From a virus (lineage: Duplodnaviria; Caudoviricetes), in the IMG/VR virus record IMGVR_UViG_3300019360_000003, positions 1-63,934 of that record: a stretch of 63,934 bases of DNA. The stretch is one strand, 5' to 3'. The position numbers were made by a program, and so were the translations under genes. Below, piece by piece: positions 56,286-63,934 of the stretch (the first letter of the stretch is position 1; the number at the start of each line of letters is the position of its first letter). The notes under the pieces were generated by a model. That model worked only from the letters and a program-made list of their open reading frames with translations, ran no database searches and was not told where the DNA came from.

Positions 56286-58153
56286 TCGAAGAACACCTCT
56301 GACGCGCATACCTCGCCGCGCCCAACATTCACAATAAGTTTGCGCGCATTGAGCCGTTGCAAGTAAGTATCACGGCTTGACCGTTTGTAATCGGTCGCCT
56401 CGCTGATAGTTTCGCGGTCAACCGATTTTGGATATGCGGCCAATACGATCTCTAGGATCCGGCGCTCACCCTCTGGTAGCCGATCGAGCCAGTAGGCCCG
56501 TAAATCCTCACCGGTCGGCAGCGGCTCGAAATTGGCCCCGAGCGCTTTAACGCCGGCCTGCGTTGGGATCAGCATGTCACCGAGATTTTCGACCAGTTCG
56601 GCCGCGCGTAGTCGCTGAATATAAGTGTCGCGGCTGGATCGCTTGTAACCGGTCAGAATCGTGATCTGTTCCCGCGCCGCGCCATAGGGATATTGGGCGA
56701 TCACGGTCAAAATTGCGCGCTCACCCTTGGCCAGCGGCTGGCTCCCGTTCGTATGCGCAGGCGGGCCTGTTTTATGCGCGGACGTGGCGTTTTTGTGTCT
56801 GGGAACGGCCTCTTTATGCGCCGGCGCGCCCCGTGGGACGAAGACTTCGGCCGGATCAGGCTCGGAGGCGATAAACCGATGCGGCCCGCCTATCCCCGGC
56901 GCTTCCCGCTTGGGTTGGATGATCGCCAAGAGTTTCTCCCGCTCCTCGCGCGTGCTGATCGAGATCGAAGACTCCCTCGGGACGTGCGGCGCCATTAAGT
57001 CGGCGGCCTCAGCCAGCGCGCGGATCTGCTCCAACCGCTCGAAAAGAGTCGCGATTCGCTCCATGTATTTTCGCTCGGCCTCCAGATGGGCCTTGGCCAT
57101 CCGCTCCGTTTCCCGCTCCACCGCGCGGGCGATCGCCTCCTGGTCGGCTGCGGTTCCCTTCTCTCTGAGCTGGCGCTCCAGTTCGGCGATGCGCTTTCGC
57201 AAAATTTGCGGATCGCTGGCCCGCGCTCGCTCAATGGTCTCAGCCATCCGCTCCTGGTATTTCGCGAGGTCCGGCTTGGCGGCCCGGCCCGGCGCTCGCT
57301 CGGTCTGGCCAGGTTTAGGCGTGGCCGAAGAGTCGAACGTATTCCGCCGGCGGATCTCCGCGATCCCCTCGTATTCGAGCCAGCCCGGCGAGATCACGAG
57401 CGCCCGGCCGACCGGCAGCGACCGCAGCGTCTCGGCGATCTCCTTCTGCCTGGCCTTCTCCACGTGCTCGCCGAGCCAGTCAAGGATGGCCTCCATCGAG
57501 CGTGGCCCGACGGTGCGAAACGCGATCATGCATTCCGCGAGCTCCGAGACGGATTTGTTCATCCGCGCGCTACGCTGCGTGATCAGCGTCACGCCGACGC
57601 CGACATTGCGGCCCCACTCGACGAGCTGCTCGATCGCGCCGACGCAGCGCGCCAGGTCTATCGCGCCTGACGGGATTGTTTGCGGGACGAAGCGCCCGGC
57701 CTCGTCCACTATCTGCATGATTGGCCGCCGGCGCTCGCCCTGCCGCTCGAAGAGGCGCGAGCAGTAGTCGGCCATGAAGCGGATCCGCTCGTTCGCGCCC
57801 CACATCTGGCCGCTCGCCTTGCGCGAGATATCGATCACGACATTGACGTCTTCATCCGCGACCAGGTCGGCCACGACAGCGCCGCCTGTCGGCTCGATCG
57901 GGATGTCGCCGCGCGCGCCGCCGAGCATGAGGACCTCGACGCCTAGGCTCTTGCCGTCGGCCGAATGTCGCAGGCCCCAGAAGACGCCGAGCGGATCGAT
58001 CACGCTGAAGCGGAGGCCGACGCGGGCGAACTCCTCGACGAGGACGGTCCCGAAATTGGACTTGCCCATCCCCTTCCCGCCGTAGACGACGAGGGTTTGG
58101 GTGAGGGTTTCGAGGGGCAACTCGAGATTACTGGCGATTTGTAGTTTGCTCAT
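56282..58153 (-). CDS. HerA/FtsK-superfamily (DUF87-like) ATPase with tandem C-terminal winged helices
   Basis: GGKGMGKS Walker A, IDPLG, IVDEAGRF Walker B, GRNVG, ITQR; duplicated GERxIL...YKRSSRDTYxQRL module. Confidence 0.85.
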   Translation of the reverse strand: MSKLQIASNLELPLETLTQTLVVYGGKGMGKSNFGTVLVEEFARVGLRFSVIDPLGVFWGLRHSADGKSLGVEVLMLGGARGDIPIEPTGGAVVADLVADEDVNVVIDISRKASGQMWGANERIRFMADYCSRLFERQGERRRPIMQIVDEAGRFVPQTIPSGAIDLARCVGAIEQLVEWGRNVGVGVTLITQRSARMNKSVSELAECMIAFRTVGPRSMEAILDWLGEHVEKARQKEIAETLRSLPVGRALVISPGWLEYEGIAEIRRRNTFDSSATPKPGQTERAPGRAAKPDLAKYQERMAETIERARASDPQILRKRIAELERQLREKGTAADQEAIARAVERETERMAKAHLEAERKYMERIATLFERLEQIRALAEAADLMAPHVPRESSISISTREEREKLLAIIQPKREAPGIGGPHRFIASEPDPAEVFVPRGAPAHKEAVPRHKNATSAHKTGPPAHTNGSQPLAKGERAILTVIAQYPYGAAREQITILTGYKRSSRDTYIQRLRAAELVENLGDMLIPTQAGVKALGANFEPLPTGEDLRAYWLDRLPEGERRILEIVLAAYPKSVDRETISEATDYKRSSRDTYLQRLNARKLIVNVGRGEVCASEVFFE

Positions 58154-58364
58154 CTTCGTCGGGCGTGTATTCAATCAACAAGGCCGGATGGGCGTTGATC
58201 TCATTGCAAAGCGTGTTGAGCGTCCGGAACGCGACCATCTTGGCCTTCCCTTCCCACAACTGATAGCAGGAGGTCAGGCCAAGCCCGGTGCGGCGAGAAA
58301 GCTGGGCGGCGTTCTCAATACCGAGCGCCCGAGCCACCTCGTCAATTTTGAGTTTCAGAGCCAT
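58128..58364 (-). CDS. Cro/C1-type HTH regulator
   Basis: QLSRRTGL...YQLWEGK...TLNTLC...P.LLIEY. Confidence 0.8.
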   Translation of the reverse strand: MALKLKIDEVARALGIENAAQLSRRTGLGLTSCYQLWEGKAKMVAFRTLNTLCNEINAHPALLIEYTPDEDEQTTNRQ

Positions 58365-58381
58365 CAGCGCCTCTCGTCGCC

Positions 58382-59016
58382 TAGCCATTAGTGGCGATGT
58401 CTCGGTAGCCACTAATGGCTACGCGGCGACCGCCAACGCCATCTCCTTCGCCACCTCCGCCATCCGCGCCTGGACGTCAGGCGTTAACCTGCCCTCCAGG
58501 ACATCGAGCAGCCGGGTCGCGCTGTCATAGATAACCTTGGCCATCTCGTCAGAGACCGGAGTTTGACTGGCGAGAGCCTGGATCTGAATTACGTCGGCGA
58601 TCCACAAGGCCAAGTCCGCCGGGACGATTTGCGAGTTTTCGTGAGCCATACATTTTCTCCAATTGTTTGATGGTCGCCGGGGCGTACCAGGCGACATAGT
58701 CGCTCTTGCCCCGCTTGCCGGCGACATAAGGCCGTCGCCACAAAACCCAACCGTCGCCGGTCGGGGCCTTTCGCCACTCGTAGCCATCAGACGCCACGAG
58801 CGGGTTGCCGGGCTTCGTCTTACGCTTCGGGGCGCGCCAGATGATGGCGTTTTTGGCGGCGCCGAACAGGCCGCCAGCGCCTAGCGATGGGAAGATTCGA
58901 ACGTTGTCCTGTCGCGTCCCTAAAGAGTTTTTCGCTCTGTAGCCACTAATGGCTACGGGACTGTTTTTCGAGCTCTCGCCACTAATGGCTACAGAGGCGT
59001 CGCCATTAGTGGCTAG
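58382..59016. repeat. Five copies of GCCACTAATGGC(TAC) in both orientations
   Basis: 58382-58395 (rc), 58405-58422, 58939-58956, 58978-58992, 59002-59015 (rc). Confidence 0.85.
58419..58649 (-). CDS. Small helical hypothetical protein
   Basis: GGAG RBS upstream of MAHEN. Confidence 0.55.
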   Translation of the reverse strand: MAHENSQIVPADLALWIADVIQIQALASQTPVSDEMAKVIYDSATRLLDVLEGRLTPDVQARMAEVAKEMALAVAA

Positions 59017-59151
59017 AGCTTGATCGTCGTCGTCGGCCACTGAGCCTGGAGCGGTCCTCGCCCCCCACAACTCCGCGGCGCCGACCCGTCCGTTCTCGGC
59101 CGCGGAGGTCTCGCTCAGCGGCGCTGGTCTTTTGGGTCGCGTTCGTCCCAC
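58549..59151 (-). CDS. Hypothetical protein containing the DNA repeats
   Basis: Overlaps both neighbours; globular-looking C-terminal part (GYEWRK...GWVLWRR). Confidence 0.5.
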   Translation of the reverse strand: MGRTRPKRPAPLSETSAAENGRVGAAELWGARTAPGSVADDDDQALATNGDASVAISGESSKNSPVAISGYRAKNSLGTRQDNVRIFPSLGAGGLFGAAKNAIIWRAPKRKTKPGNPLVASDGYEWRKAPTGDGWVLWRRPYVAGKRGKSDYVAWYAPATIKQLEKMYGSRKLANRPGGLGLVDRRRNSDPGSRQSNSGL

Positions 59152-59954
59152 GTAGTCACCCCGTTCGCCCGCTCCTCCGCGCCTAGGATGATCGAATCCA
59201 CCAAGCCGCCCATCTCATTGGATCGCCGGCCGCTGACAGCGGAAAGTCCGGCGCGCCCGAACCGCGTCTCGACCTCGGCGTCGAAGGCCGGCCAGAGGTC
59301 CGAATGTAACTCCGAGCGCATCCGGGCCAGGGCCTCGAGCGCGAGTTGCTTACCCTTGAACTCGGCGATCATATTTTGAGCGCCGGCCACCGCCTCGCTA
59401 TCGAGGGCCTTCTTTTCGCCCTGCCACTTCCATTCCGCCTCCCTTCCCCGTTGGCGGAGCTGGTTCCGGTGTTGGCGCACGTAAGGGGCAAGCAGGGCCA
59501 TCGCTATGGACTGGCACAGCACGACGATCGGGACGATCACGATCGCCCACGTCTGCCAATGGAGCAGGACCGGGCTCACTTCATGATCGAGAATGAACTG
59601 CCGGAATTTCGTGATTACGTTGATGATCATCACCGCGATCAGGAAGCCAAGGCAGGAATACGCCACAGCGATCTCCCACAAGGTAGAGAATACTCTCTTG
59701 AGGCCGTAGAGATTTGCCGCGACGGCGAACTCAACGCCAGCGGTGTAGACCGAAGCCAGGAGGGCCGCGAGCGCCCAGTGCTGCTTCGGGTATAGCAGGA
59801 AGAAAATAAGGAGCCAGCCCGTGACGCCGGTAAAAATGAGCAGCGCCAGCCGGATCCAAAAAAGCATGAGGTCATAACTCCGTCGCGCCCGTTCGAGCTG
59901 AATCTGAGAGGCTTCGCCAGCCACCCCACTTTGTCGCCTATTAGGATTATTCAT
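59115..59954 (-). CDS. Membrane protein (4 TM plus coiled coil)
   Basis: Four hydrophobic helices followed by a charged helical tail. Confidence 0.75.
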   Translation of the reverse strand: MNNPNRRQSGVAGEASQIQLERARRSYDLMLFWIRLALLIFTGVTGWLLIFFLLYPKQHWALAALLASVYTAGVEFAVAANLYGLKRVFSTLWEIAVAYSCLGFLIAVMIINVITKFRQFILDHEVSPVLLHWQTWAIVIVPIVVLCQSIAMALLAPYVRQHRNQLRQRGREAEWKWQGEKKALDSEAVAGAQNMIAEFKGKQLALEALARMRSELHSDLWPAFDAEVETRFGRAGLSAVSGRRSNEMGGLVDSIILGAEERANGVTTWDERDPKDQRR

Positions 59955-60029
59955 AATTCCCCTTCCCTATCGGTCAGTCAATCAATCGGTAAGCGGCGTG
60001 CAAACTCTGTAGAGGTGGTATAAATTCAC

Positions 60030-60115
60030 GGCGCCGCACGACTGTGGTTAACTCTCGATTGTGCGGTGAAGCCTCGCGCGTGTGATTGGGCTCTACGCGC
60101 GGGGCGTTTTTATTT
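60030..60115 (+). ncRNA. Candidate small RNA (two hairpins plus T-run)
   Basis: Extended -10 TGGTATAAA at 60016-60024; stems 60033-60041/60059-60067 and 60071-60081/60095-60105; GTTTTTATTT. Confidence 0.4.
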
Positions 60116-60289
60116 AAGAACAGCGGGAATCTCGGAAGGTGAACGCACTATACAGCTATTCATTCGCGGTGTCCACTTTTTGGCCACAATGCCGCGCATC
60201 AGGCCTCTGAGCCGTAGAATCCGTGGCTGAAACGCCAGTAGAAAGCCAATAATATCAATGAAATGAGATATGGAGATCTGGAGGTTGGC

Positions 60290-60307
60290 GTCCCGCCCTC
60301 GGCATCA
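60290..60307 (+). other. attP core resembling the 3' end of a tRNA (probably Leu)
   Basis: GT-CCCGC-CCTCGGC-A-tca fits T-loop end, T-stem, acceptor stem and discriminator; next to the integrase; TTGGCCA repeats at 60180, 60351, 60362. Confidence 0.65.
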
Positions 60308-60325
60308 AGACCAACTGTAAATCGT

Positions 60326-61552
60326 TTATTTACAATTGGTCTTATTTTTATTGGCCAATTTTTGGCCATTCCCGTTTAACCTGGCCGCCTCCACGGCCTC
60401 GATCGCTACGACTGCTCGAGCCGCGGATTCTGGCGTCACGTGGCTATAATGCAACACGAGCTCCCGGTCAGTATGGCCCGTGATGTCGCCGACCGTTCGA
60501 AGGTCCAGTCCGCTCTGTAAGAGCTTGGTCGTGAAGGTGTGGCGCGCGCAGTAGAGCACGAACCCTTCGGCCGAGTCCCGCCCGTACTCGATCCCGACCG
60601 CCTCGGCCGCCTCGCGCAAGATCCGGTAATGCTTCGGCGTGGGATTGCCGCCGCGGCTGAAGATATAGTCACGCTTTGTCGCGAATTCGCGCTGCTCCTC
60701 GACGCTCTCGATGAGTGGCGCTGTCAGGGGTACATATCGAGTCGAGGGCGTCTTCGTCTCCGTCTTGGTCCCACGCACCCGGATCCGCCTATTGTCGTAA
60801 TCCACGTCCGCCCATTTCAGAAGAAAAATCTCTTTCGGCCGCATCCCTGAGTTCATCGCGAAGCGCAGGACCGCCGCGACCCGGAGCCTCGCCCGCCTGG
60901 CGTTCGCCTTGTCCTGGACTCGCGTCCCGTCGCGCTCGTCGGCCGGGCGGCTCAAGTGATCGAGCAGGCGGCGGTATTCGTCGTCGCTGATGATTCGCTC
61001 GCGCCGGCTCTTGCTCACTTTGGGGCGCGGGATCTTCGGCGGGCGCCACTGCGCGAGCTCCGGGAAGAACTCAGCGACTGAGTTAAGCGCGGCGGCGATG
61101 ATATTGAGTTCGCGATTGATCGACGCCGCCGCTTGGCCGTCAGCCTGGCGGCGCTCGACGTAGAGGCGGATGAGCGGCGTCGTGATCTCGTCTATCTTGA
61201 TTCCCGCCGGCAGGAGATCGAGCCAGACTCGGAAGACTCTGGTCGCGCGCGTCCGCTCCGCGCGGAGCTCGATGCCTGGCGTCCGGAGATCGATGAGCTC
61301 TTTCAGCGCCGGGCGCTTGATCGGCGCGGCCAAGCCGAATTTCGCCTCGCGCTCGGAGCGCCGGAGCGCGGCGAGCGCCTCTTCGGCCTCCTTCCGGCTC
61401 TCGAATTGATAGATACGCATTCGCCGCTTGCCGCCCCTGCCATCCGAGACGCGGACGTCGAAGCCCCAGCGCTTCTTTTTGGCTTTTTTGGAATAGCTCT
61501 GCCCGATCGGGCCTTCGCGGCGCCTGGCTTTCTTTTCTCGATGCTTGAGCAT
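60326..61552 (-). CDS. int: Tyrosine integrase
   Basis: N-terminal arm-binding-like strands; INREL; SGMRPKE, YCARH, GH...HY. Confidence 0.92.
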   Translation of the reverse strand: MLKHREKKARRREGPIGQSYSKKAKKKRWGFDVRVSDGRGGKRRMRIYQFESRKEAEEALAALRRSEREAKFGLAAPIKRPALKELIDLRTPGIELRAERTRATRVFRVWLDLLPAGIKIDEITTPLIRLYVERRQADGQAAASINRELNIIAAALNSVAEFFPELAQWRPPKIPRPKVSKSRRERIISDDEYRRLLDHLSRPADERDGTRVQDKANARRARLRVAAVLRFAMNSGMRPKEIFLLKWADVDYDNRRIRVRGTKTETKTPSTRYVPLTAPLIESVEEQREFATKRDYIFSRGGNPTPKHYRILREAAEAVGIEYGRDSAEGFVLYCARHTFTTKLLQSGLDLRTVGDITGHTDRELVLHYSHVTPESAARAVVAIEAVEAARLNGNGQKLANKNKTNCK

Positions 61553-61607
61553 ACCAATTTACACGTTGCATAACAGACGGCGCGTAAATCTGCAAATTTT
61601 GCAGGGA

Positions 61608-61850
61608 TCAACGGAATAGGCTCTCGATCTCTCGCCGCCTGTCCTCCCCATGCCGCTCGACCTGTTTTACGTGATAGGTAATCCAGAAAGCGAACAGGAG
61701 CGCGAGCGCAACGGCGGCGATTAGCGCGCCATAGCCGATCTTGCCGGATGCTGAACGGTCGTCCTCGCCGCTGGTGATATGCGCCTGGAAGATCTCCAGG
61801 CCCTTAAAAACCAGATAGACGCAGAGCAGGTAGCTGATGATTTGGAGCAT
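61608..61850 (-). CDS. Small 2-TM membrane protein
   Basis: Two hydrophobic helices; lysogeny region. Confidence 0.65.
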   Translation of the reverse strand: MLQIISYLLCVYLVFKGLEIFQAHITSGEDDRSASGKIGYGALIAAVALALLFAFWITYHVKQVERHGEDRRREIESLFR

Positions 61851-62006
61851 AGAGATCCTCGATCGGGAACGCCCTCAAGCCTGCGCTCCCAACGCGCGGA
61901 CTTCGGCGCATTGGGGCCGGATCTAAACGTTTACCAAACCAGCAGTCCGCAGACATAGGCGAATTGTCGTGATGATCGGGGCTGCAGGGATCCCCGATCG
62001 TTTATT

Positions 62007-62303
62007 TTATGGGTGCGCATGCTGGGCGCGGGCGAAAAGCCCCCAAGCTTGGGGAGAGCGCTTGGAATGTTTATATTCAGCTAGAATAATGGCCGAACCG
62101 AGAATGGGTTGGCCGTGATAAAACGCCAGTCTGAAACGCCGGCTTAATTCGATCGCCACAAGATCGCCGAATCGCGGCGACCCTTTTGTATCCACCAAAA
62201 CGAAGCCATATTGATGGATCGCTTGGTATAGAAGGTAGCGCGCCGAGCTGCGCGCAAGGGAGCCTACTTCGACCACGGGACGCTCCTTTCTGGATGGGGG
62301 CAC
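62007..62303 (-). CDS. Hypothetical protein, possibly a degenerate S24-like domain
   Basis: VLVD...PRFGDLVAI pattern; start uncertain. Confidence 0.3.
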   Translation of the reverse strand: MPPSRKERPVVEVGSLARSSARYLLYQAIHQYGFVLVDTKGSPRFGDLVAIELSRRFRLAFYHGQPILGSAIILAEYKHSKRSPQAWGLFARAQHAHP

Positions 62304-62361
62304 AGTTGTTAGACTGTGGCTGCCTAGTCTGAACCATTAAGACTCTCCCGCAAAGTCTTTC

Positions 62362-62700
62362 CTATGCGCGTTTTTTATGTGATTTGGGGCGTCTCGGACG
62401 TCTTTGTGGGGTATGAGCGTCGTCCGGCACGAGTTCTATCATTTCACCCGCCCGCATCCTTCTAACGATCTCGTCGTGTAAATTCGGAGACGGCCCAGGC
62501 TCAGAGCCAGGCGAAAGAAGGCGCCTTCGAAGCTCTGGCGTGATCAATCCTGTATCCTCAAGTCCTATCAACTCTCGTATAACATCGGCTTCTTTCAAAT
62601 AATGATGTTTCTTCATCAGATCGGCGGCAAGTTCCTTAATCCTATTAATCTCTTCTTCGCTTGCGCGAACGCTCAGCATTTTGTTGCGTTTAGTTTTCAT
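62362..62700 (-). CDS. Ribbon-helix-helix regulator (candidate repressor)
   Basis: KMLSVRASEEE..RIKELA...EADVIRELI. Confidence 0.7.
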   Translation of the reverse strand: MKTKRNKMLSVRASEEEINRIKELAADLMKKHHYLKEADVIRELIGLEDTGLITPELRRRLLSPGSEPGPSPNLHDEIVRRMRAGEMIELVPDDAHTPQRRPRRPKSHKKRA

Positions 62701-62726
62701 ATAGCAATTAGAATTGCCTGTCAGAC

Positions 62727-62755
62727 AGTGTATTACGCGCTCATTAACTGATCAA
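62727..62755 (-). promoter_or_regulatory. Leftward promoter
   Basis: TTGATC-17 bp-TACACT. Confidence 0.55.
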
Positions 62756-62767
62756 GAAAATAAATGC

Positions 62768-62797
62768 TTGACGGCGTATGACGGCGCAGTACATAAT
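62768..62797 (+). promoter_or_regulatory. Rightward early promoter, probably giving a leaderless mRNA
   Basis: TTGACG-18 bp-CATAAT with ATG 6 nt downstream; tandem TGACGGCG repeats within it. Confidence 0.6.
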
Positions 62798-62803
62798 CTA
62801 ACT

Positions 62804-63016
62804 ATGGGCGATCAGAAACCAAAGGTCATGAAGGCATGGCGCCTGCATCCGGATGTCGTGGAGGCGATCAAGCGGGGAGCTGAAAAGCACGGCTACCCGG
62901 ACGAAACCTCTTTCGTGGAGACGATTTTCAGAAGAGTGTTGGGGCTTCCCGAAACTCAAAAACCGACACCCCAGCCGCCTCAAATAAGCAATGAGGCGAT
63001 GGACCTACGGGTCTGA
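62804..63016 (+). CDS. Ribbon-helix-helix regulator (Arc/CopG-like)
   Basis: KVMKAWRLHPDVVEAIKRGA...ETSFVETIFRRVL. Confidence 0.7.
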   Translation: MGDQKPKVMKAWRLHPDVVEAIKRGAEKHGYPDETSFVETIFRRVLGLPETQKPTPQPPQISNEAMDLRV

Positions 63017-63133
63017 TTTTTTGTCATTCTACGTCATACGACGCTTGACAGGGCTATACGATGTATGACACACTTTCCCCGTTGAAAGACATGAAGTCAA
63101 GCTGGGGCTGATGGTTCAATTCTAATATATCAC

Positions 63134-63268
63134 ATGACCAGATCAACGAAATGCCAACTCTGCGGCCGCCAGGCGATGGCCGCCGGCGAACAAGATCAAG
63201 TCAATCTATTTCTGGAGGCCGCGCGCCGGGCGAAAGCCCTGGCCGAGGCTGAAGCGATCGCGGCATGA
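63134..63268 (+). CDS. 44-aa hypothetical protein
   Basis: ATGA coupling with the next gene; CxxC. Confidence 0.4.
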   Translation: MTRSTKCQLCGRQAMAAGEQDQVNLFLEAARRAKALAEAEAIAA

Positions 63269-63606
63269 AGAGCGAAACTCTACAACCGGATATTGAGTGG
63301 ATCGGCCACCGCGAGGCCGCGGCGATAATGCGCGTCAACGAGCGCAACCTTCGCCAGCGTGGCCCCGACGGTCTGTTCCTTTTCTACCCGGACATCGCCC
63401 GCTGGCAGCCCGGCGGGCCGAGGACACGGCTTTTCGTGAGCAAGGCAGATGTCGTTCGCTGGATCGAACGATCACAGGCCGAAGCTCGGGATCTCCTGCC
63501 CCGCGAGACACAGATAGAGATGGGCGCTTATTACGCGAGCGCCCTGCCGACGCTGCGCAGGCTCGGCGCTGACCGCGTGATCAAGGCGCTAGGGGTGAAA
63601 GCTTGA
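63265..63606 (+). CDS. Excisionase-like HTH protein
   Basis: WIGHREAAAIMRV..RNLR...RLFV.KADVVRWIE. Confidence 0.7.
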   Translation: MKSETLQPDIEWIGHREAAAIMRVNERNLRQRGPDGLFLFYPDIARWQPGGPRTRLFVSKADVVRWIERSQAEARDLLPRETQIEMGAYYASALPTLRRLGADRVIKALGVKA

Positions 63607-63716
63607 GCGGGCAAGCGCCCGCTCATTGCGGGCGGCGGGAATCTCGGAAGGACGCTCGCCGCTCGCCCCTTCGGGTAACTCCGAAGTAGGCGAGTAACGA
63701 AAGGAAGAGACTATTC

Positions 63717-63934
63717 ATGGAAAAAGCGCAGACAAAGAAGCATGAAGCACAATACAAGGCCCTTTGCGAAGAGATGCGCCGCTGGCTTTATAACACTCCT
63801 CGGAAATTAGCCCTAGACATAGAAGATAACGTTAAAGCGCGAGCGGCCTTTTACCTGCTGGATGAAATTCGCGCTCTGCAACAAAGCGGCTTCGATGCTG
63901 ACAAAATCGTTGACGCGTTGATAGAGAAAGCGGA
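63717..63934 (+). CDS. 87-aa hypothetical protein spanning the junction (continues 124..169)
   Basis: MEKAQTKK...LIEKADSRLKPVCAAGEISM*; open across the overlap, stop at 167-169. Confidence 0.65.
   Translation, partial: MEKAQTKKHEAQYKALCEEMRRWLYNTPRKLALDIEDNVKARAAFYLLDEIRALQQSGFDADKIVDALIEKA
63812..63934 (+). repeat. Terminal direct repeat, copy 2
   Basis: Identical to 1-123. Confidence 0.97.

Larger units (their letters stand above)
1..63934. mobile_element. Complete temperate phage genome (siphovirus-like, HK97-type head), circular contig
   Basis: Terminase, portal, protease, capsid, tail and tape-measure module; integrase with attP; replication initiator; exact terminal overlap; no tail sheath gene. 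Confidence 0.93.

Noticed and set aside
56750-56825. Short GCGCATA-type repeats in the ATPase linker (PAHK/PRHK/SAHK/PAHT)
   Set aside because: Short and degenerate; explainable as a low-complexity peptide linker.
60280-60310. Functional tRNA gene
   Set aside because: Only a 3' fragment; the upstream T-loop and 5' half are absent, so it is interpreted as the attP core.

Overview
The window is very probably a complete, circular temperate siphovirus genome of about 63.8 kb. Bases 1-123 repeat exactly at 63812-63934, and an ORF reads across the junction. The host is probably an Acidobacteriota bacterium, inferred from a TIGR03437-like domain, a DUF4394 protein and many Ala-X-Ala|Gln signal peptides. 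(i) Early rightward operon (62804 across the junction to 14212): a ~1.3 kb non-coding run of back-to-back G-U-containing hairpins, a DdrB-like SSB/SWIM fusion, a replication initiator with internal iterons, and a dispersed PRTRC-type ubiquitin-like conjugation system (Ubl, E2-D, JAB, ThiF/E1). (ii) Short leftward accessory operon (14225-17493). (iii) Late operon from a sigma70 promoter with an attenuated leader: membrane/secreted proteins with no recognisable endolysin, terminase, HK97 head, non-contractile tail with a -1 frameshift chaperone, a 1700-aa tape measure, and tail-fibre-like proteins that unusually carry signal peptides. (iv) Leftward cargo: GT2 and an orphan Wzt, a Xer-like recombinase with a dif-like site, and a HerA/FtsK-like ATPase module with clustered DNA repeats. 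(v) attP resembling a tRNA-Leu 3' end, a tyrosine integrase, and a divergent switch of two ribbon-helix-helix proteins. All family calls are by eye from motifs; no searches or folding programs were run.
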